Below, piece after piece: positions 60,009-64,000 of a DNA stretch of 64,000 nt. A model generated the notes under the pieces. It was not told where the DNA came from. It made no database searches and saw nothing but the letters and a program-made list of their open reading frames with translations. The translations under genes and the position numbers were made by a program. The DNA comes from Sporomusaceae bacterium (GTDB taxonomy: Bacteria > Bacillota > Negativicutes > Acidaminococcales > JAJUGR01), in NCBI GenBank assembly GCA_029265905.1, contig JAJUGR010000001.1, positions 112,118 to 176,117 on the forward strand, written 5' to 3'. The stretch's first letter is position 1, and each line of letters starts with the position of its first letter.

Positions 60009-62102
60009 ATGAATATTCGAGACATTATGCGTGGACAAGTGGTTACCGTTCGACCGGAGATGACAATTCGACACGCCGCCGCCCTTTTCTACCGGACTAC
60101 CGTCGATGGGGCGCCTGTAGTTGACGGAGACGGACGGCTTATCGGTTTGATCACAAAGTCTCAATTCATCAAGGCGCTGTCGGATGGCCTCTCGCTGGAC
60201 GCGCAAGTACAGGCGATGATGAACACCGCGGTGTTCACGTTGACGGAAAACATGACGGTGCCTGGTTTGACGCGTACGAAGGAAATCTATCAGTATAGCT
60301 GCTTTCCTGTCTTGGATAGCAAGGGCAGGCCGGTCGGCATGATTAACCGTACCGATTTGGTGAAGTACTTGGCGGAAAAATATGTTTTTTTAGCTGATGA
60401 GATGCAGGCGGTTCTTGATTCGGTCAGCAATGGTGTGATGGCAACGAACAGCGAAGGTATTCTAACGATCTTTAACCCCGCTGCCGAGCGTATCACCGGA
60501 CTTCATGCCGATGCGGTCCTGGGGCGCTATGCGTATGAAGCCATTCCCAATTCAGGCTTGCAACGCGTATTGGAGACCGGGGCGGCCGAGCTTAACCAGC
60601 AGCAGACCCTTAATGATTGCACGATTATTACAAATCGCTCGCCAATCATTAAGGACAATAAAATTTGCGGCGCGGTGGCAATCTTCCAGGATGTAACGGA
60701 ACTTCAAGCCGTGGCTGCGGAACTGGAAATGGTCAAAAGCCTGCAAAGCACCTTGGAGTCAGCGATAGAAAGCATTTTTGAAGGCATAGTCGTCGTTGAC
60801 AAGGCTGGCATGATCACCATGATGAACCAAGCTTATAAGGAGTTTCTCGGGGTGGAAACGCGGGAAGTGATCGGGCAGCATGTCACTAAAATCGTACCCA
60901 ATACCCGCATGCATATTGTCGCCCAGACCGGCAAGGCTGAATTGGGGGAAGTGCAGCGAATCGGCGACAACAATGTCATTGTCAGCCGTATTCCCATTAT
61001 AAAAGACGGCGAGGTCGTTGGGGCGGTTGGGAAGGTTTTGTTTAAAGATCTCAAAGACTTTAAGCTGCTGGCTCGTAAGCTGAACACCTTGCAGTCTGAA
61101 TTGGAGTACTATAAGGAGGAGCTGAACAAGGTTCATGGCGGCAAGTATACGATCGAGCGCATTGTCGGAGACAGCGAAAAATTGCGGTGGCTGAAAAGCG
61201 TAGCGGTGAAAGCGGCCAAAGGCAACTCAACTGTTTTGATATTGGGCGAGAGTGGAACAGGCAAGGAACTATTCGCCCACGCGATTCACAATGCCAGCTC
61301 GCGCAGCCAAGGGCCGCTGATTAAGATCAATTGCGCGGCGCTGCCGGAAAACCTGTTGGAAGCCGAATTGTTCGGCTATGATGAAGGGGCTTTTACCGGG
61401 GCGAGAAAAGGCGGCAAACCTGGAAAGTTTGAGCTGGCGAACGGTGGAAGCATTTTCCTTGATGAAATCGGCGATATGACTATGGCTATGCAGGCTAAGC
61501 TGTTGCGCGTTTTGCAGGAACGTGAAATCGAGCGGGTAGGCGGCACAAAGACGATCAAGATTGATGTTAGGGTCATTGCGGCTACGAACCGGGATTTGGA
61601 GGACATGATAGAGCGCGGCGAATTCAGGCAAGATTTGTACTACCGGCTCAATATCATCACGCTCGTTATTCCGCCCTTGCGGGAACGTAAAGAGGATATA
61701 CCAGCCCTGTGCGCGACGTTGTTGAAGAAAATCAATAATCATTTTGATTATGGGGTTGACGAAGTGTCGCCGGAGGCAATGGCGGTTTTGACGGAATACA
61801 ATTGGCCGGGCAATGTCCGGGAATTGGAAAATGTGCTGGAGCGGGCGGTCAATTTAGTTGATGAAGAAACCATGATTTTTCCGCAGCACTTGCCGCCCCT
61901 GGTCAAAAAGGCGTATAAATCCAAGGAGGGGCCAGATAAAGATACTGAGCAGAAGTTGTCAAGCGTGATAGATGATGCCGAGAAGCAAGCCATTTGCAAA
62001 GCGCTTGAAGCAGCTGGCGGCAACAAAAGCAAAGCGGCTAAGCTGCTGGGGATTCATCGTTCTGGCTTTTATCAAAAACTGCAAAAGTATAATCTTGGCT
62101 GA
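60009..62102 (+). CDS. Sigma-54-dependent transcriptional activator (CBS pair, 2 PAS, AAA+, Fis-type HTH)
   Basis: Walker A 'GESGTGKE', sigma-54 contact loop 'GAFTGA', 'NWPGNVRELEN', C-terminal HTH 'KSKAAKLLGIHRSGFYQK'. Confidence 0.93.
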   Translation: MNIRDIMRGQVVTVRPEMTIRHAAALFYRTTVDGAPVVDGDGRLIGLITKSQFIKALSDGLSLDAQVQAMMNTAVFTLTENMTVPGLTRTKEIYQYSCFPVLDSKGRPVGMINRTDLVKYLAEKYVFLADEMQAVLDSVSNGVMATNSEGILTIFNPAAERITGLHADAVLGRYAYEAIPNSGLQRVLETGAAELNQQQTLNDCTIITNRSPIIKDNKICGAVAIFQDVTELQAVAAELEMVKSLQSTLESAIESIFEGIVVVDKAGMITMMNQAYKEFLGVETREVIGQHVTKIVPNTRMHIVAQTGKAELGEVQRIGDNNVIVSRIPIIKDGEVVGAVGKVLFKDLKDFKLLARKLNTLQSELEYYKEELNKVHGGKYTIERIVGDSEKLRWLKSVAVKAAKGNSTVLILGESGTGKELFAHAIHNASSRSQGPLIKINCAALPENLLEAELFGYDEGAFTGARKGGKPGKFELANGGSIFLDEIGDMTMAMQAKLLRVLQEREIERVGGTKTIKIDVRVIAATNRDLEDMIERGEFRQDLYYRLNIITLVIPPLRERKEDIPALCATLLKKINNHFDYGVDEVSPEAMAVLTEYNWPGNVRELENVLERAVNLVDEETMIFPQHLPPLVKKAYKSKEGPDKDTEQKLSSVIDDAEKQAICKALEAAGGNKSKAAKLLGIHRSGFYQKLQKYNLG

Positions 62103-62204
62103 TTGTAAAATGAAGTTGAACACCTAAAAAAATCCATAGTGACTTTTCCTCAGATGGTAAAATGGAGTTCCCACACAACCATCACCAAAGAGGAGGCGAT
62201 CACT

Positions 62205-62724
62205 ATGGACCGCCATGATTATAACACAGAAGTGACAGAGCGAAAACGCGGTCAGCTCTTTGGCGCTAGAGGAGATTGAGATCGGCGCACTGCCAATTTA
62301 TAACCAAGATTTTGACGATGAGAATATTCCTCCGCCAGCCTGGATAGCCTTTCTTGAGCAGATGAAGGGTTTTTGATGGCGTCATTTTTGTCACGCCCGA
62401 GTACAACCGCTCGGTTCCTGCGGTGCTGAAAAATACGCTGGATGTTGGTTCGCGCCCTTACGGGCAGAGTATCTGGTATGGCAAGCCTGGGGCAGTAGTG
62501 AGCGTTTCGCCAGGAGCAATAAGCGGGTTTGGTGCAAATCATCTTTTGCGGCAATTGCTGGTGTTCTTAAATGTTCCGGCGATGCAGCAACCTGAGGCTT
62601 ATATCGGCAATGCCGCAATCCTTCTTGACGCGCAAGGGGAGCTTGTAAATGAAAACACGCGAGCGTTTTGCGGAAAGTGATGGAGGCTTATGTGGCTTTG
62701 GTTGGGGAAAATGCGTGCCAATGA
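62205..62724 (+). pseudogene. Degraded NADPH-dependent FMN reductase gene (in-frame stop, two frameshifts, shortened N-terminus)
   Basis: Homologous peptide runs in frame 1 ('EIEIGALPIYNQDFDDE...EQMKGF'), frame 2 ('DGVIFVTPEYNRSVPAVLKNTLDVGSRPYG...') and frame 1 again ('LRKVMEAYVALVGENA'). TGA at 62233. Frame changes fall at T-runs 62370-62374 and 62666-62669. Confidence 0.7.
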
Positions 62725-62824
62725 TGTTACAATGTGCTTTGTGGGGGGCGAGGTTTAAGTAGAGGGAGCTAAGCGTCGGCCACTTGGCTTGTTCGGATTT
62801 TGTTTTTGAAAGTGGCAAAAAGGT

Positions 62825-62865
62825 AGATGGTGTTCGTGAGTTCCCTGAACTCACGAACACCATCT
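62825..62865 (-). terminator. Rho-independent terminator (18-bp stem) downstream of the UPF0316-like gene
   Basis: agatggtgttcgtgagtt / aactcacgaacaccatct. On the minus strand it is followed by acCTTTTTg. Confidence 0.75.
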
Positions 62866-62908
62866 TTGTCTTGTGCGCTTTCAAATTCGCGGCGGTAGTG
62901 GCCACGCC

Positions 62909-63361
62909 TCAGATGCCGGAAGAATACACCGGCGTTATAATATTGTAGTTGAAGCTAGGTGGTATGCTTTTTTCGATTAACTTGCTTGTGGTTTTGGATT
63001 TGCTGTACACGCGCACCGTTACGGTTTTTTCGCGGCTGTTGTTGAAGCAAATGTTCGTATTTACTTGCAAATCATACTCCCTTAATTTGTCCGCAAAGGC
63101 CATGCCGGTCTCGAGATCCTGCGATGTTACTTCATACAGGAACAGCTTATCTTTGTCGAGGTAATGCAATAGCTTTGGCGGAAGGTAATTGCCTAAGAAA
63201 GTAGCGAGAAAGATGGTCGCATACACGTAGTCTCCTGATTGCTGCGCGGCATATATGAAAAACACGACGCTTAAAGAGGCGGACACAGCCGCAGCGAAAT
63301 ATTTGTCCTTACATATGAAAATGGTTTTTAAGACATTGAATGCACAATCAAACAATTTCAC
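62909..63361 (-). CDS. UPF0316/DUF2179-like small membrane protein, possibly N-terminally truncated
   Basis: Two TM segments, then a soluble domain ('LYEVTSQDLETGMAFADKLREYDLQVN...VTVRVYSKS') that resembles DUF2179 by recall. GTG start. Lies in an AT-richer region. Confidence 0.45.
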   Translation of the reverse strand: MKLFDCAFNVLKTIFICKDKYFAAAVSASLSVVFFIYAAQQSGDYVYATIFLATFLGNYLPPKLLHYLDKDKLFLYEVTSQDLETGMAFADKLREYDLQVNTNICFNNSREKTVTVRVYSKSKTTSKLIEKSIPPSFNYNIITPVYSSGI

Positions 63362-63585
63362 CCAAAATAGAGCAAGGATTGATGCCGAGATAATTATTGC
63401 TACATCACCAACGTTTCTTTTTTATTTTATAAGCTTTTTGCGCGCACAAAAAAGCCGCCTGCCAGGAATTTCAGCAAGCGACTTTATTTTAACAGCACCA
63501 AGATATTAAAAGGAAAAAAGCTTACTTGATCAGTATATATTGCCGAGAAGGTTTTGTCAACGGATAATTAAAACAAATAGCCGGA

Positions 63586-64000
63586 TCACTTTTCCGACAC
63601 GATGCCGTAAGGCCAATCGTTGATGCCGCCGAAGTCGTAGACGTTGGCATAGCCCATGCCGATGAGCTTTTGCGCCGCCTGCCGGCTGCGGTTGCCGCTG
63701 CGGCAGTAAATCAAAATCAGGGCGTCCTTGTTCGGCAACTGGGCGGGCGGGATTGTACCAATGGTTTCGTTTGGTATCAGCAGCGCGCCTTTGATGTGCT
63801 TTTCCCCATATTCGGCGGGGATGCGCACGTCCAGGAGGACTGCGTCCTTGTTGCCGTCCAGCAGCCGTTTGGCTTCGGCCGCTGAAATTTTTCTGTATTG
63901 CGGCGCCTGCGTGCTGTTGCGCGGCGCTGCGGTTTCGGTTGCACTGGCGGGCGGTTGTGCGCTTTTGTTTTCACTGCCGGCGCATGCGCTCAGGAGCGGC
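63586..64000 (-). CDS. Rhodanese-domain lipoprotein (5' end outside window)
   Basis: The frame stays open to nt 64000 and reads '...LLSACAGSENK...' (lipobox). It then gives a rhodanese domain with active-site loop 'IYCRSGNRS'. Confidence 0.8.
   Translation of the reverse strand, partial: PLLSACAGSENKSAQPPASATETAAPRNSTQAPQYRKISAAEAKRLLDGNKDAVLLDVRIPAEYGEKHIKGALLIPNETIGTIPPAQLPNKDALILIYCRSGNRSRQAAQKLIGMGYANVYDFGGINDWPYGIVSEK

Overview
This is a 64-kb chromosomal segment from a high-GC, spore-forming Firmicute. It may be a diderm Negativicutes-type organism, an inference from the AMIN-domain amidase, GerMN lipoprotein, RND efflux pump and ArnT-like GT39. Coding is dense and mostly on the + strand. 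I saw no rRNA, tRNA, CRISPR array, transposase or integrase.

Content in order:
- GlpA-like flavoprotein trio, AfuABC-type ABC importer and HAD-IIA phosphatase.
- RND efflux pair divergent from an OmpR/HK two-component system, then a secreted class-3 lipase.
- A three-subunit [FeFe]-hydrogenase (NuoE-like, NuoF-like, HydA).
- LysR-PrpF-DcuC module.
- DedA/TVP38-GtrA-GT2-GT39 lipid-carrier glycosylation set.
- CYTH-CHAD protein, lrgAB, a DUF155-like protein, clpB, ferritin and an orphan betaine-type binding protein.
- acpS, nnr, mazEF (ndoAI/ndoA), MBL/DUF3006, amidase/GerMN and alr.
- tsaE-tsaB-rimI-tsaD, a DnaA-box cluster, a PdtaS/PdtaR-like HK-ANTAR pair, and CIRCE-groES-groEL.
- A roughly 13.5-kb C4 acyl-CoA (3-hydroxybutyrate/crotonate/butyrate-type) gene set. 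It is split into two operons, each behind a textbook sigma-54 promoter, and ends with a CBS-PAS sigma-54 enhancer-binding protein.
- An AT-richer decay zone with an FMN-reductase pseudogene and a UPF0316-like gene with no usable start for its first helix, then a partial rhodanese lipoprotein.

The most notable observations are:
- the DnaA-box cluster downstream of tsaD;
- the dual sigma-54 promoter acyl-CoA regulon;
- an atypical hydrogenase, with a minimal NuoF-like subunit and an H-cluster L1 motif reading TSCSPGW.

I found no clear novel multi-gene system such as a defence island.
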